Positions 1 through 12,840 of a DNA stretch of 64,000 nucleotides are shown in pieces (within the stretch, counting starts at the first letter, position 1; each line of letters starts with the position of its first letter). Both the position numbers and the translations under genes were made by a program. Source of the stretch: Torpedo marmorata (lineage: Eukaryota); NCBI GenBank assembly GCA_977017645.1, contig OZ360242.1, positions 46,314,001 through 46,378,000 on the forward strand, written 5' to 3'. Under the pieces are notes generated by a model. It was not told the DNA's origin and did not search any database. It saw only the letters and a list, made by a program, of their open reading frames with translations.

Positions 1-730
1 TAAAGGGCTTAAAACACAACCTTGACAAGTACCCCGATAAAGCCTTAAAAGGTTTGATTGTTGTAAATTAGTACAAATTGAGGCAGTAGGACATGAATAT
101 AATAATTTAATCCATTTAATAAAATCTGGTTCAAAATTAAATTTTTCTAAACTGACAAATAGATAGTCCCATTCTACCCGATCAAAAGCCTTCTCGGCAT
201 CTAATGAAAGCACACATTCTGTGGCAGGAGTAGAGGGTAAATATAAGATATTTAATAATCGATGTATGTTAAAATATGAATAACGATTCTTAATAAAACC
301 AGTTTGGTCCTCAGGAGACGATCAATGGTAAAATATTCTCTAATCTATGGGCCAAGATTTTAGACAAAATCTTCATGTCCACATTGAGTAAGGAAATAGG
401 CCTATATGATGCACATTCCAGTAGGGTCCTTCCCTCTTTTCAAAATAAGAGATATACAAGCCTCATTAAAAGATAAATGAAGCTTCCCATTTTTAAATGA
501 ATCACCAATCACTGAGCATAAATGAGGTACAAGCCATTTGGAGAAAGATTTATAAAATTCAGCAGAATATCCATCTGGTCCTGGAGATTTACCCGATTGT
601 ATGGAAGAAATTGCTGGTAATATTTCCTCATGAGAAATAGGAGCCTCCAAACTTGTACGTCTATTCTGGGAAAGCGTATACCACAAAAATCTAATCCTAC
701 TTTCAGCTCAGAGCAATGAACCAAAAACAT
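1..730 (-). mobile_element. L1/Tx1-clade LINE ORF2 fragment (RT N-terminal region), degraded
   Basis: Minus-strand translation gives GKSPGPDGYSAEFYK, EACISLILK, YRPISLLNVDMKI, DQTGFIK and SLDAEKAFD-like L1 RT motifs, with frameshifts. Confidence 0.85.
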
Positions 731-735
731 TTCAA

Positions 736-3700
736 AGGGGATGTCCTAAATGAATACTTTGCTTTAGTATTCACAAGAGAAAAGGAATTTGATCAGGGCA
801 AGGTTGGAATAGAACAGGCTTGTGTGCTGGACAATGTGGAGATTAAGGAAGAGGAAGTGTTGGATCTCCTTAAAAACCAAGATTGATAAGTCCCCAGGGC
901 CAGACACGATATACCCCAGGTTACTGTGGGAAGTGAGAGAAGAGAAAGCTGGGGCAGTAGCTATGATCTTTGAATCCTCTTTGGCCGCAGGGGAAGTGCC
1001 AGAGGATTGGAGAATGGCAAATGTAGTCCCCTTGTTTAAAAAAGGTAATAGGGAGAATCCTGGGAATTATGTCAGTGGTGTGCAAACTATTGGAGAGGAT
1101 TCTTTTTTTTATTTTTTTAAAAAAATATTTTATTTACATTTTTTAATCACAAAATACATAAAATAGAATATAAAATTATCAAATTATTTGTGATACATTT
1201 TCACCCCCCCTCCCTCCCTCCCCTCCCCTCCCCAACCCCCCCACCCTCACTAATCTAATAAAAATATAATAAAAAGTTTTTAAAAAAGAAAAAAAGAAAG
1301 AAAAAGATAAAGTAAGGGGAATGCCATCTATAAACTAATTCTATTATGGAGGTCAAGTGTGCCAGTAGATCCGATATCCAGAGATCTTCAAATCCTTAAA
1401 CCAACAGCTTTCATATATGGGCTCCAAATTTTTAAGAAAAAATGATATTTATTACGTAAATTATAAGTAATTTTTTCAAGTGGTATACACGAACGAAGTT
1501 CTGCATGCCATCTTTCTAATCCTAAATCTAAATCAGATTTCCAAGTAATAGCAATGCATTTTTTTGAAACAGCTAAAGCAATTTGCAAAAATTCTATTTG
1601 ATACATATTTAATTTCATCTTAATACTAAATTTTCTAATATCTCCAAACAAAAATATCATAGGATCCATTGGGAATGTAATTTTAAATACTTTATCTAAA
1701 AGTTTTTTAACTTTCAACCAAAAATCATAAACTTTTGGACAAAACCATGTAGAATGTACAAAAGAACCTTCTTCTTTATTACATCTAAAACATAAACCTG
1801 ATAGTGTCGGATTAAATTTCTTTAATTTTTTAGGTGTTAAATATAGTTGATGAAAAAATTATACTGTACTAATCTGTATCTAACATTAATAATCTTCGTC
1901 ATACTAAATTTACATAATTCTTTCCAATGATTTTCATCTATTCTTACATTCAAATCTAATTCCCATTTTAATCTTGATTTATGTAATCCTATTTTAGGCA
2001 ATTTCCTCTGAAACAATTTATACATTTGAGAAATAAATTTATTAACATCTCCATTAGTAACTAATAATTCTAATTCATTTTGTCTTGGTAGAATCAAAGC
2101 ATAACCTAATTTCTCAATCAAAAAAGCTCTAATTTGATAATAAGCAAAAAGTGTATTATCTGATATATTAAATTTATCTTTCATTCTTTGAAAAGTAATA
2201 AATTTCCCAGCTTCAAAACAATCTTTAATCTTTTTAATACCTTTTTGAAACCAAACTTTAAATAATTGATTATTAACAGTAAATGGAATAAGTCCATTTT
2301 GATATAAAGGCATCCTTGAAGAAATCAATCCTTTTCCACCTATTTCCTTATCTGTCTTGTTCCATATTTCTAACAAATGTTTAAAAATAGGCGAATTTTT
2401 CTTTCTTGTTGATATTAATTTAGAATCCCATTTATAAATAATTTCTTCTTTGGAGTCATCACATATATTATTTAATTCTATTTTAATCCAAGCAGGAGAT
2501 TTAGTTGAATCAAAAAATTCATTAACAAATTTTAATTGAGCTGCTTTATAATACTTTTGAAAATTAGGAAGTTGTAAGCCACCCATTTCATAATTCCAAG
2601 TTAATTTTTCCATACCTACTCTTGCTAACTTTCCTTTCCATAAAAATTTCCTAATAATTGAATTTAAATCTTAAAAAATTTTTTTGAGGAATTCCATAAG
2701 GAATTGATTGAAAAAGATATTGAATTCTTGGAAAAATATTCATTTTAATACAGTTTACTCTTCCTATTAAAGTTATAGGTAAATCTTTCCAATTTTCTAA
2801 ATCTTTCTTTATTTTCACAAATAATGGTAGGTAATTTAATTTATATAAATTAGCCAATTTTGTATCAGCCCTTACTCCCAAATATTTAATTCCTTCCCTT
2901 GCCCATTTAAATTGTGTAATTTCTTTACATCTACTATAATCCCCTTGTGATAATGCCATAATTTCACTTTTATCAGAATTAATTTTATATCCAGATATTT
3001 CCCCATATTCTCTCAATAAAATAGACAATTGTACTAAAGATGTAATAGATTTTGTCATATATATCAATACATCATCTGCAAACAAACTAATTTTATGTTC
3101 TTCCATTCCAACTTTAATACCAACTATTTTAGGATCTTTTCTAATTCAGCCAAAGGTTCTATCGCCAAAATAAATAATGCTGGTGACAAAAGACATCCCT
3201 GTCTAGTAGATCGAGTCAAAAGAAATTTTGGAGAAATTTGTCCATTTGTAACTACTTTAGCCGATGGTTCTTTATATATAGTTTTAATCCAATTAATAAA
3301 TGTATTTCCAAAGCCAAATTTGGAGAGGATTCTTAAGGATAGGATCTATGAGCATTTGGAGAAGTACAGTCCATTCAAGGATAGTCAGCATGGCTTTGTG
3401 AAGGGAAGGTCGTGCCTCACGAGCCTAATTGAGTTTTTTTGAGGAGGTAACAAAAGAAGTTGATTAGGGTAGGGCAGTAGATGTGGTCTACATGGATTTT
3501 AGTAAGGCATTTGACAAGGTCCCCCATGAGAGACTCATCCAGAAAGTCATGAGGCATGGGATCAGTGGAACCTTGGCTGTGTAGATAAAAAAAATTGGCT
3601 TGCAGGAAGAAAGCAGAGAGTAGTGGAAGGAAGGTATTCTGCCTGGAGGTCAGTGACTAGTGGAGTGCTGCAAGGATCTGTTCTGGGACCCTTGCTCTTT

Positions 3701-4699
3701 GTGATTTTTATAAATGACCTGGATGAAGAGGCAGAAGGATGGGTCAGTAAGTTTCCGGATGATACGAAGGTTAGAGGAGTTGTGGATGGAGCTGAAGGTT
3801 GTCGAAGGTTACAAGAGGATATAGACAGGATGCAGAGATGGGCAGAAAAGTGGCAGATGGAGTTCAATCTGGATAAGTGTGAGGTGATGCATTTTGGAAG
3901 GACAAACCAGAAGGCTTAGTACAGGGTTAATGGTCTGTTACTTAAGAGTGTGGATGAACAGAGGGACCTTGGGGTTCAAATCCACACATCCCTCAAGGTC
4001 GCCGCACAGGTTGATAGAATAGTTAAGAAGGCCTATGGGATGCTGGGCTTCATTATTAGGGGGATTGAGTTCAGGAGTAGAGAGGTCATGTTGCAACTCT
4101 ACAAATCTCTGGTAAGACCACACAGAGTATTGTGTTCAGTTCTGGTCACCTCATTATTCGAAGGATGTGGAAGCTATGGAGAGGGTGCAGAGGAGATTTA
4201 CCAGGATGTGGCCTGGATTGGAAAACAAGTGTTATGAGGCAAGGTTAGCAGAGCTGGGACTTTTCTCTTTGGAGCGTAGAAGGGTGAGAGGAGACTTAAT
4301 AGAGGTCTACAAGATTATAAGAGGCATAGATAGGGTGGACAGCCAGCACCCATTTCCCAGGGCAGGAATAGCAAACACCAGAGGACATATGTACAAAGTG
4401 AAGGGAGGGAAGTTTAGGGGAGACATCAGGGGTAAGTTTTTTTTTTTTTTTTTTTAAATTTTATATACATATATACACACACACACAGAGTTGTGGGTGC
4501 CTGGAATGCCTTGCCAGGGATGGTGGTGGAGGCTGAAACATTAGGGGCATTTAAGAGACTTAGACAGGCACATGGATGGAGGAAAAGTGGAGGGTTACAG
4601 GGTAGGAGGGTTTAGTACTTTTTTTTTTTTAAGGAATATATGGGTCAGCACAACATAGAGGGCCGATGGGCCTGTACTGTGCTGTAGCGTTCTATGTTC
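736..4699 (+). mobile_element. CR1 LINE (5'-truncated ORF2 plus 3' tail), interrupted at 1105-3319 by an L1-like insertion
   Basis: [82 protein letters not shown]; tail ends TGTGCTGTAGCGTTCTATGTTC. Confidence 0.95.
1105..3319 (-). mobile_element. L1-clade LINE, 5'-truncated, with A-rich tail and 15-bp TSD
   Basis: ORFs 2651..3106 (SLFADD, KYLG), 1837..2613 (GGLQLPNF) and 1388..1717. TSD TTGGAGAGGATTCTT at 1090-1104 and 3320-3334. AATAAA plus A-tail on the minus strand. Confidence 0.93.
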
Positions 4700-4744
4700 A
4701 GATCCTGTATAGGCTAAAGGTTGTAATTTTTTTATTTTTTTTTT

Positions 4745-4789
<45 letters not shown>

Positions 4790-4825
4790 ACCAGTTAAGC
4801 AAGCTGCAATTACAAGCAGACAAGT

Positions 4826-5082
4826 TAAATTTAAATTTAGACATACAGCATGGTAACAGGCAATTTCAGCCGATGAGTCCGTGCTGCCCAATTTACACCC
4901 AATTAACCTACACCCCCGGTATGTTTTGAACAATGGGAGGAAACCGGAGCCCCCGGGGAAAACCCACGCAGACAAGGGGAGAACGTACAAACTCCTTACA
5001 GACAGCGCGGGATTCGAACCCGGGTCCTGATCACTGGCGCTGTAAAGGCGTTGCGCTAACCGCTACGCCAACCATGCCGCCC
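4826..5082 (-). mobile_element. tRNA-derived V-SINE (HE1-like) with CR1-like tail
   Basis: A box TGGCGTAGCGG, B box GGTTCGAATCC, V-domain GGAGTTTGTACGTTCTCCC...CTCCGGTTTCCTCCC, tail GCCTGTTACCATGCTGTATGTCTAAATTT. Confidence 0.88.
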
Positions 5083-5241
5083 TCACAAAAAGTCTCTCAC
5101 AAAATTCTTTGTACACAAAGTGTATGGAACAAACTTACAATCCAAATTAGCTTTTAACTTTTAAAATAAAGGCAAAAGAATATAGAACCTCAAATTCGAG
5201 AAAGTTCCATTAGTCATATTGGAGCTCCAATGCATTACTGG

Positions 5242-5374
5242 NNNNNNNNNNNNNNNNNNNNNNNNNNNNNNNNNNNNNNNNNNNNNNNNNNNNNNNNNNN
5301 NNNNNNNNNNNNNNNNNNNNNNNNNNNNNNNNNNNNNNNNNNNNNNNNNNNNNNNNNNNNNNNNNNNNNNNNNN
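5242..5374. other. Assembly gap (133 N)
   Basis: Run of N. Confidence 1.
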
Positions 5375-5375
5375 T

Positions 5376-5800
5376 AGCTTTATCTTACCAGTATCCTTTT
5401 ATGCTTCACCAAAGTGCAATTTCTTCCCTCCCCTCCAATAACATCATTACAGTCCATGATCATGACCAAAATCAACTTGGCACTATTTCATCTGTAGTTT
5501 TCTACCCACTTTCAAATATGCCTCAAGACAGATTACCAATATCCATCTAGAAGTTCTCCAAGTCAAAATGCTCTTTTCAGATAAAACCCAAAATTCCATT
5601 AGTAGAAGATCTTGTTCCACAATTCACTATGCCATACCAAAAAAAATACCCTACATCTAGCAGTACTTGCCTTGACAGAGATACAACATTGACAACAATG
5701 GATTTATTTTCAACTAACCAAATTAAACAAAATTACCGGTAAGCCAAATATTTGAAACTCTAGCAGATTACATTAATTCCATTTTAACTAAAATTTTCCC
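5376..5800 (-). mobile_element. Degraded L1-like ORF2 remnant
   Basis: Minus-strand FKYL-like motif near 5745-5760 and L1-like composition; heavily decayed. Confidence 0.45.
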
Positions 5801-6212
5801 CAATTATTCCCATTGATAAACCCTGAATTATATTCACCACCAGCACCTACAAGTCAGAAATTTCACCAAATTTCATGGCAGATTCCAGCAATTAAATCCT
5901 TATTTTCTTCAAGTTTTGTTTATATTCCAATCTAAACAAATGCCTTTATGCTCTGCTCTTTAAAAAAAAAACAAAAAAAAAAACTGGTTAGCCAAATGTT
6001 TCAAAATTCAATACAAATTACCCAACACCAGAGATGGATTCAAGGAAATTCTTTTGAAATTTTTTTTGCAAAACCAGAAACCTGCAAATTTATCAACCAA
6101 ACTGCACATTTAAAATTAAAAATTCTCAACAGCACATCAAATATTAGAATATGCATCCAAGGAGAAACCCAAGTCAGATAAAGAATTTTATATTTAGTTC
6201 AAAACTTTCAAT

Positions 6213-6461
6213 TGGGGCAGCACGGTTAGCGTAGCGGTTAGCGCAACGCTATTATAGCACCAGCAGCCCTGGTTTGAATCTGGCGCTGTCAACAAGGAGT
6301 TTGTACTTTCTCCCTGTGCCTGCGTGGGTTTCCTCCGGGTGCTTCGGTTTCCTTCCACCCTTCTAAAAGTACGGGGGTGGGGGGGTTGTAGGTTAATTGG
6401 GTGTATAAGGGTGGCATGGGCTCGTGGGCGGGAAGGGCCTGTTACCAAGCTGCATGTTTAA
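6213..6461 (+). mobile_element. V-SINE copy
   Basis: GGGGCAGCACGGTTAGCGTAGCGG head, V-domain, CR1-like tail. Confidence 0.88.
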
Positions 6462-7196
6462 ATACCAAATCATTGAAACAGCTTGATGAATGTACCTAAT
6501 ACCCATTTGTCGTGTCAGACCATGAATAGATGCACTTACAGAACAAACCTCTTGCTATCAGTAATGATTTGATCGTGTGCCAAATTAGCACCATGATAAA
6601 ATGAGCCCATTACGTGGGGTTTTGTGCCAATGAATAGACAGCCTGCTCATATTGACTTTGATCCTTGAAGCCTAAAATGAATGCAATTGACATCTCTCCC
6701 TATCCATGCATTTTAAAAATAAAACTCAATGAACAATGCAGAACATAATATTCATCAAGTCTTAAGAACAAGTTTTCTCTGCTAACAGCAAGGATCCACT
6801 GACTGAGCAATTATTCCCCACATTAATACAAAATAGATGGTCATTAGGAGGCCACCAAACTGTCAAAAAACTAAAGTAGTTATAAACAAATCAAAGCCTA
6901 ATAATAATTAAAAAAATTACCTCTAAGAAATAGCTCTGGCAAAGACTCAGGCCACATTAATAACGGAGGCAAGCTTACTTTGATGTCATCACAAATCTCT
7001 CTGCAGTACTTGTTATAAGAATTTAAGAACAAGCCTTGGAACAATGATTTGGCCATTACAACAAACAGGCCAAATTTCATGTTAAGGCTCAATTTTGATA
7101 ATAACCCCACCCCAAGTGTTTCATTCATTAGTATTTAAAATGTTATATTAAAAACACATGGCTACTACATTCACAGGGACCTTCTCACCAACATAC

Positions 7197-7350
7197 CTTA
7201 AACAACTCAAGCTCCATACGGAGACGATTGTTGTCTGACAGCAGCTCACGATTTCTATTTTCTGCATGCTCAAGTTGAGTCTCCAATTCTGCTTCTAGTT
7301 CTCGACTTCCTTCCTGGAACTCAATCAGTTCTTCCCGAGTATTCTGTGCA
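7197..7350 (-). CDS. NDE1: NDE1 (nudE neurodevelopment protein 1) second coding exon, 154 bp
   Basis: ag|T GCA CAG...TTT AAG|gtatg encodes (C)[51 protein letters not shown], the NudE coiled coil. Phase fits the upstream exon. Head-to-head position with MARF1 favours NDE1 over NDEL1. Confidence 0.95.
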
Positions 7351-7401
7351 CTAAAGTTGGAAATTTAAAAAAACTAATTTTGATGTAACTTTAAAAAAAA
7401 A

Positions 7402-7630
7402 TTTTAAACATATAGCACATTAACTGGCCCTTCCAGCCTGCAAGCCCGTCACCCAAATACCCCAATTAACCTATAACCCCCTGTATGCTTTGAAGGGTGG
7501 GAAGAAACCAGAGGCCCCAGAGGAAACCCATAGAGACATCTGGAGAACATACAAACTCTTTACAGTCAGCGCCGGATTCAAACCCTGGTCGCTGGTGCTA
7601 TAATAATGTTGCGTTAACCACGCCACCCCA
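7402..7630 (-). mobile_element. V-SINE copy, diverged
   Basis: Reverse complement of the same SINE head, V-domain and tail. Confidence 0.8.
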
Positions 7631-7642
7631 ACATTCTTTATG

Positions 7643-8563
7643 TCAGAATCAGAATTTATTGTCATGAACATGTCATAAAATTTGTTGTTTTGCAGTAGCA
7701 TTACAGAGCAAACATTTATATAAATCACCTTACAAAATAAATAAAAGTAGTGCAAGAAAAAAATCAAGTAAGGCAGTGTCTGTGGTTCATTGTTCATTCA
7801 GGAATCTAATGGCAGAGGGAAGAAGCTGTCCTTGTGCCGCTGAGTGCTCACCTTCAGGCTCCTGTACTTTTTTCCCCCCGATGGTAGCAGTGAAGAGGGC
7901 ATGGTCTGAGTGGTGGGGGTCCTTGAGGATAGAGACTTCTTTCTTAAGACCCCACCTCTTGTAGATGTCCACGATGGAGTGAAGACTGGTGCCCGTGATG
8001 TCGCAGGCCGAGTTAACAACCCTCTGGAGTTTTTTCTTGTCCTGAGCATAGGCACCTCCATACCAGGCAGTGATGCAACCAGCCAGAATACTCTCCACGG
8101 TACACCTGTAGAATTTTTCTAGAGTCTTTGGGGACATACCAAATCTCCTCAAACTCCTCTAAGTATAGTCACTGGCGAGCCTTCGTGATTGCATTGACAT
8201 GGAGGCTCCAGGACAGATCCTCAGAGAGATTGACACCCAGGAATTTGAAGTTCTTGACCCTCTCCACTGCTGACCCCTCGATGAGGACTGGTTCGTGTTC
8301 TCCTGATTTCTTCCTGAAGTCCACAATCATCTCCTTGGTTTTGCTAATATTGAGTGCAAGGTTGTTGGTGTAACGCCACTCAACCAGCTGATCTATTTCC
8401 CTCCTCTACACTTCCTCATTGCTGTCTGTGATTCTGCCGACGACCGTGGTATCATTGGCAAATTTGTAGATAGCATTGGAATTGTGCCTCGCCACACAGT
8501 CATGGGTGTAGAGCGAGTAGAGCAGTGGGCTAACCACACATCCTTGAAGTGCACCTGTGTTGA
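7643..8563 (-). mobile_element. Rex1/Babar-clade LINE 3' fragment (family A)
   Basis: [19 protein letters not shown] and KKLQRVV motifs; (TTCTGA)n tail after AATAAA. Confidence 0.88.
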
Positions 8564-9048
8564 TCTTCATTCTTCAGATTCTTTATATGTTTCCACTCAA
8601 ATCCCAAAATAAGGCACAACAACAAATCCAGCTGGTCATTGCTGAATGCCTTACCCAGTGACTGATCAGAATATGTAACATGCTATTGTGTGGACGACTT
8701 CATTGCAACTAGAAGTATTTTTAAAAAAAATCTAAATTCAGGATGTAAACATAGATAGAATCGTATACCAATAGGATTAAATCAAGCGTGGCGAGTTTAT
8801 ACTCATGCAGGACAATTCATCAGCATTGACTAGTTAAGCCAAACTGCCCAAATTTCTGCTGCAAATTTTGCACAAAACTCACGAGTGTCAGCACACAAAT
8901 TATTGTACGGGTTAAAAAATGCCAATTGCAGGAAATTTAACATTAAATATTACATTTCACTATATTGAATATGCAAAAAAAGTGTTACCAAACTGAGCCA
9001 CATCTTGCTTTAATAATATCACAGAGGACATCTGTGCACTGTTCTTAC

Positions 9049-9134
9049 CAGTGTTGGTATTTCAGAGCAAGCTCTTTCCAATAAGCAATTTCCTCATCAA
9101 CCGAATTGAAATTTCTTCGTTCCAAGTCATCCAT
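9049..9134 (-). CDS. NDE1: NDE1 first coding exon (86 coding nt; exon begins about 9157)
   Basis: Strong Kozak GCCACAATGG; MDDLERRNFNSVDEEIAYWKELALKYQH resembles the NDE1 N-terminus (FSSEEEEANYWKDLA); donor TG|gtaag; acceptor tttttag at 9158-9164. Confidence 0.95.
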
Positions 9135-9522
9135 TGTGGCTAGTTCAAATTTGCTGTCTAAAAATCAAAAAGGTAATGAATGCATTTTGTATCTCATCAG
9201 AATTCAGTAAATGTGGCTCATGTGAGATCCAAAAGTTTGAGTTCATCAGGGATCCATTCAATCATGTAACAAACAAAAGCAAAAATGAATTCTGCTGTAA
9301 CTTTAAAAAATAAATTTTTTTTTAGCACAAATGCATTGTTAGTCATTTGATTATCACCAAGTTTGAACAACTTACAGTTTACAAATTCAGGAAGCAAGGA
9401 GAAATGCAGAGGGAATGAAATTTGATGTGACAAACCCGTGGATAAGGATCAAGTAAGGTGTGATGTTTTGTAACTTGAATGGAATGGGCAGTTAGAAGCC
9501 CAGATCCAAGGCCATCAGATTA

Positions 9523-10211
9523 CAAGGCATACCCTGTATAACACAGTTAATGCATTCCAAGCAAGTTCAGTGCTATGGAAAACCGCACTGTTCAAAGCAT
9601 TATTACAATGCACTTTAATGTAATACGTTCCAATCCTATAAAAGGGATATATAAAACTGATCTTTATTGGCAATAAGTGAACATCGTTTACTTAAGAAAA
9701 TATTTGTCTAATGTAGATTTGCGTCAAATCCCCCCGAGACTTTCACCAAAGTTAGATCGGTACCACTGTAGGATAGTGCAGGGAGCCCGATCGCAGCGGG
9801 GACAGCAATAACTTTCAATGCAGCCTCTTAACTCTCTCTATTCCACAGCAAATTCCAGGGGTTCCCCTCCATACAAACTGGCATTGTTCAGTGGTTTGGA
9901 AACTCACTGGTCTGCTACATCAGGGCAGAGACAAAAAAAAACCCAGATTCTCATCAGTGTAAGGCAGCGTGCTGTGGGATAGTGCAGGGTGCCCGATCAC
10001 AGCGGGGACAGCAATAACTTTCAACACAGCCACTTAACTCTCTCTATTCCACAGCTCAGCACCTATATTTCAAATATTTTAAACTAGAGTCTTGCAAAGT
10101 ATTAGGAGGTGTCTTAAATAGCAACAACAATGAAACTTTAACGTTGTAAATTTAAACCGTGTTATATCAAAACCCGCACTTTTCGGAACCGTGTTATACA
10201 GGGTATGCCTG
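9523..10211. mobile_element. Tigger-like non-autonomous element with TA TSD
   Basis: TIRs CA(A)GGCATACCCTGTATAACAC at both ends, flanked by TA; internal direct repeat of about 85 bp at about 9766-9849 and 9972-10055. Confidence 0.8.
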
Positions 10212-10624
10212 TACATGGTTTAGTGCAGCATGAACAGGTGCACAAGGAAGATATTTAGCAGATAGGCAGAAGAGAAATAATCTCATCTGAAATAATGTTT
10301 GCTCCTCTGCCACTTCATAAATATAGCTGATTACAAGATGATGCTCATCATCTACATCCACAAGTTAATTTTCCAAGGTAAAATTGCAAGAATACAAGAT
10401 TAAAATCCAGTTATGTTTGTGAAAGAGAAATAATTTCAAGTAAGGAAATTTTGTATCAACCCTAAATGTCTCAAGTCTTATTCTAAACCATCCTCACCCT
10501 CTGCCCTAGTTCACTTATCAAGCCATCAGAATTTTGCACGTGTCAATGAGAGCTCCTCTCATTCCTCTCCAGAGATCGCAGGTCAAGTCAGCCCAGTCTC
10601 TCCTTATACAATAGTCCTGCAACC

Positions 10625-10972
10625 CCACGAAATCTAGCGGACATAGTAAAAACACAAAAATAACGGAGGAACTCAACAGGTCAAACAGCATCTGTAGGAG
10701 AAGATATATGACTAATGTTTCAGGCCTGAGTCCTTCATTAAGGTATGAGCAAAAAGCAGGCAGGCACTCGAATAAAAAGGCTGGGGGAGAAAGGGCAGGG
10801 GGGGTGGAAAAGAAGCACAGGCCAACAGATAAGATGCCATAATTGAAAGGGCTCAGGCCCAAAATGCTGGTTATATATCTTCACCTCCTATGGACGCTGC
10901 TTGACCTGCTGAGTTTCTCCAGCACTTTTGTGTTTTTACTGCAATCGATGTCTGCAGACTTTTGTGTTTCAC
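10625..10972. mobile_element. Penelope-like element terminal fragments in inverted arrangement
   Basis: GGAACTCAACAGGTCAAACAGC paired with GCTGCTTGACCTGCTGAGTTTCTCC; degraded hammerhead-like motifs. Confidence 0.7.
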
Positions 10973-11549
10973 TCCATACATTTGTTATACTTGCTCAATG
11001 GCAAGTATATTTGATCTTCGGTTAGATCAAAATTGGAGACAATACTCAAGATGTTGCCCCACAAAAGCTCCATATAATTTTAGTAAACATAGGGTTAGTA
11101 GGATAATTGGTCACATGGGTGTACTTGGGTTGCACAGGGTTGTGTGCTGGAAGGGCCTGTTACCGTGCTGTATCTCCAATTTAAATAATTTAAAAAATAT
11201 ATTAAATCCTTGCTCCTGTACTCAAAACCTCTCACAACAAATGGCAGCATATTACTTTCCTTCTTAATCACCTGAACACCAGTCAAGGTAAACATGCTGG
11301 AGAAGCAACATAACCAGATACTTTTGTACATCAACATTTCCCAATCACCATTTAATCCTGCCTTTGTTTTTCCTGCCAAACAGGATAGTTCACATTTATC
11401 CATGTTATGTTGTATCTGCCCACTCAACATCTAAAGGATCTTGAAGTACATTTAGGTTTACCGCACAACTCATCCAATTTCAAGTCATCAGCAAATTTAG
11501 AAACATTACGCACAGTTCCCACACCCAAACCAAATTAGCTGCAGCTGAA

Positions 11550-12840
11550 CCACTGATCAGTGGAGAGGGTGAGCAAATTTAAGTTCTTAGGAGTCATTAT
11601 CTTGAGGATCATTTCTGGACCCAACTCACGTCAGTGCCTCGACTTCCTCAGGAGTATGTGGAGGTTTGGTATGCCAAAGGAAACCCTGGCAAATTTCTAT
11701 AGATGTGTGGTGGAAAGTGTGCATCACAGTCTGGTATGGGGACACCAATACCCCGGAGCGGAAAGCCCTGCAAAAGGTAGTGGACGCAGCCCAGGACATC
11801 ACAGGCAAAATCCTTCCCATCATCTAGAACATCTACCGGGAACGTTGCCATCAGAGAGCAGCAGCAATCATCAAGGATCCACACCACCCTGCACACGCTC
11901 TGCTGCTACCATCAGGAAAGAGGTATAGGTGCCACAAGACTTGCACCACCAGATTCAAGAACAGCTGCTACCCCTCCACCATCAGACTCAACAATAAACT
12001 CAAACAGGGACTCATATAAGGACTCTTTCTTTTGCACTTTATTGCACTTTTGCCCTCTGTATTGCATAGTTTGTTTACATGTGTACATTGTGTCGTTTTT
12101 TTTTTTGCACTACCAATAAGTGGTAATTCTGCCTCGCCCGCAGGAAAAAGAATCTCAGGGTTGTCATGCAAGTAGTAAAACACGAAAATCTGTAGACACC
12201 GTGGTTGAAGTAAAAACACAATGCTGGAGAAACTCAGCTGGTCAGTGTCCTTTATATAGCAACACTTCACTTGTGTATCTGCAGGACTGATTTACTGCAT
12301 CCAGGTGCTCCCTTTGTGGCCTTCTTTACATCGGAGAGACTGGGCGCAGATTGGGAGATCGCTTCGCTGAGCACCTTCGCTCCGTCCGCACCAGTGACAG
12401 AGGCCTCCCAGTAGCCAACCATTTCAGTTCTGTGTCACACTCCCATACTCACATGTCTGACAATGGCCTTATGTACTATCCCTCCAAGACCACCTGATTT
12501 TCCGTCTGGGCACTCTCCAGCCAGATGGCATTAACATCGACTTTTCCGGTTTCTGCTAACCTGCTCTCCTCTCCGCCCTCCCTTCATCTAGCCATCTCTC
12601 CTCCCCTTGATCGCTGCTATCCCCTCCCTCCTCCACCTATCACCTCCTGCCTTTGCGACCACACCTCCCCCCTACTCTTTTGTTCGGATGCCTGCCGACA
12701 TTTTTCCATACCTCGATGAAGTGCTCAAGCCCGAAACGTTGGTTATGTATTTTTACCTTTGCTATATAAAGGACACTGTTTGACCAGCTGAGGTGCTCCA
12801 GCATTATTTTTTGTCATATCTGTTCTCTGACAATAAATCT
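11550..12840 (+). mobile_element. Rex1-clade LINE 3' fragment (family B), with a Penelope insertion at about 12175-12810
   Basis: ERVSKFKFLGV, NFYRCVVES, KALQKVV; tail GACAATAAATCT. Confidence 0.8.
12175..12810 (+). mobile_element. Penelope-like element 3' fragment (GIY-YIG endonuclease) with an inverted terminal copy at its 5' end
   Basis: IYCI...CSLCGLLYIGETGRRLGDRFAEHLRSV; 12175-12262 is the reverse complement of the element's 3' terminus. Confidence 0.85.

Noticed and set aside
1-7196. Further NDE1 coding exons
   Set aside because: None recognised. The region is mostly LINE and SINE sequence plus a gap, so the next exon probably lies outside the window or in the gap.
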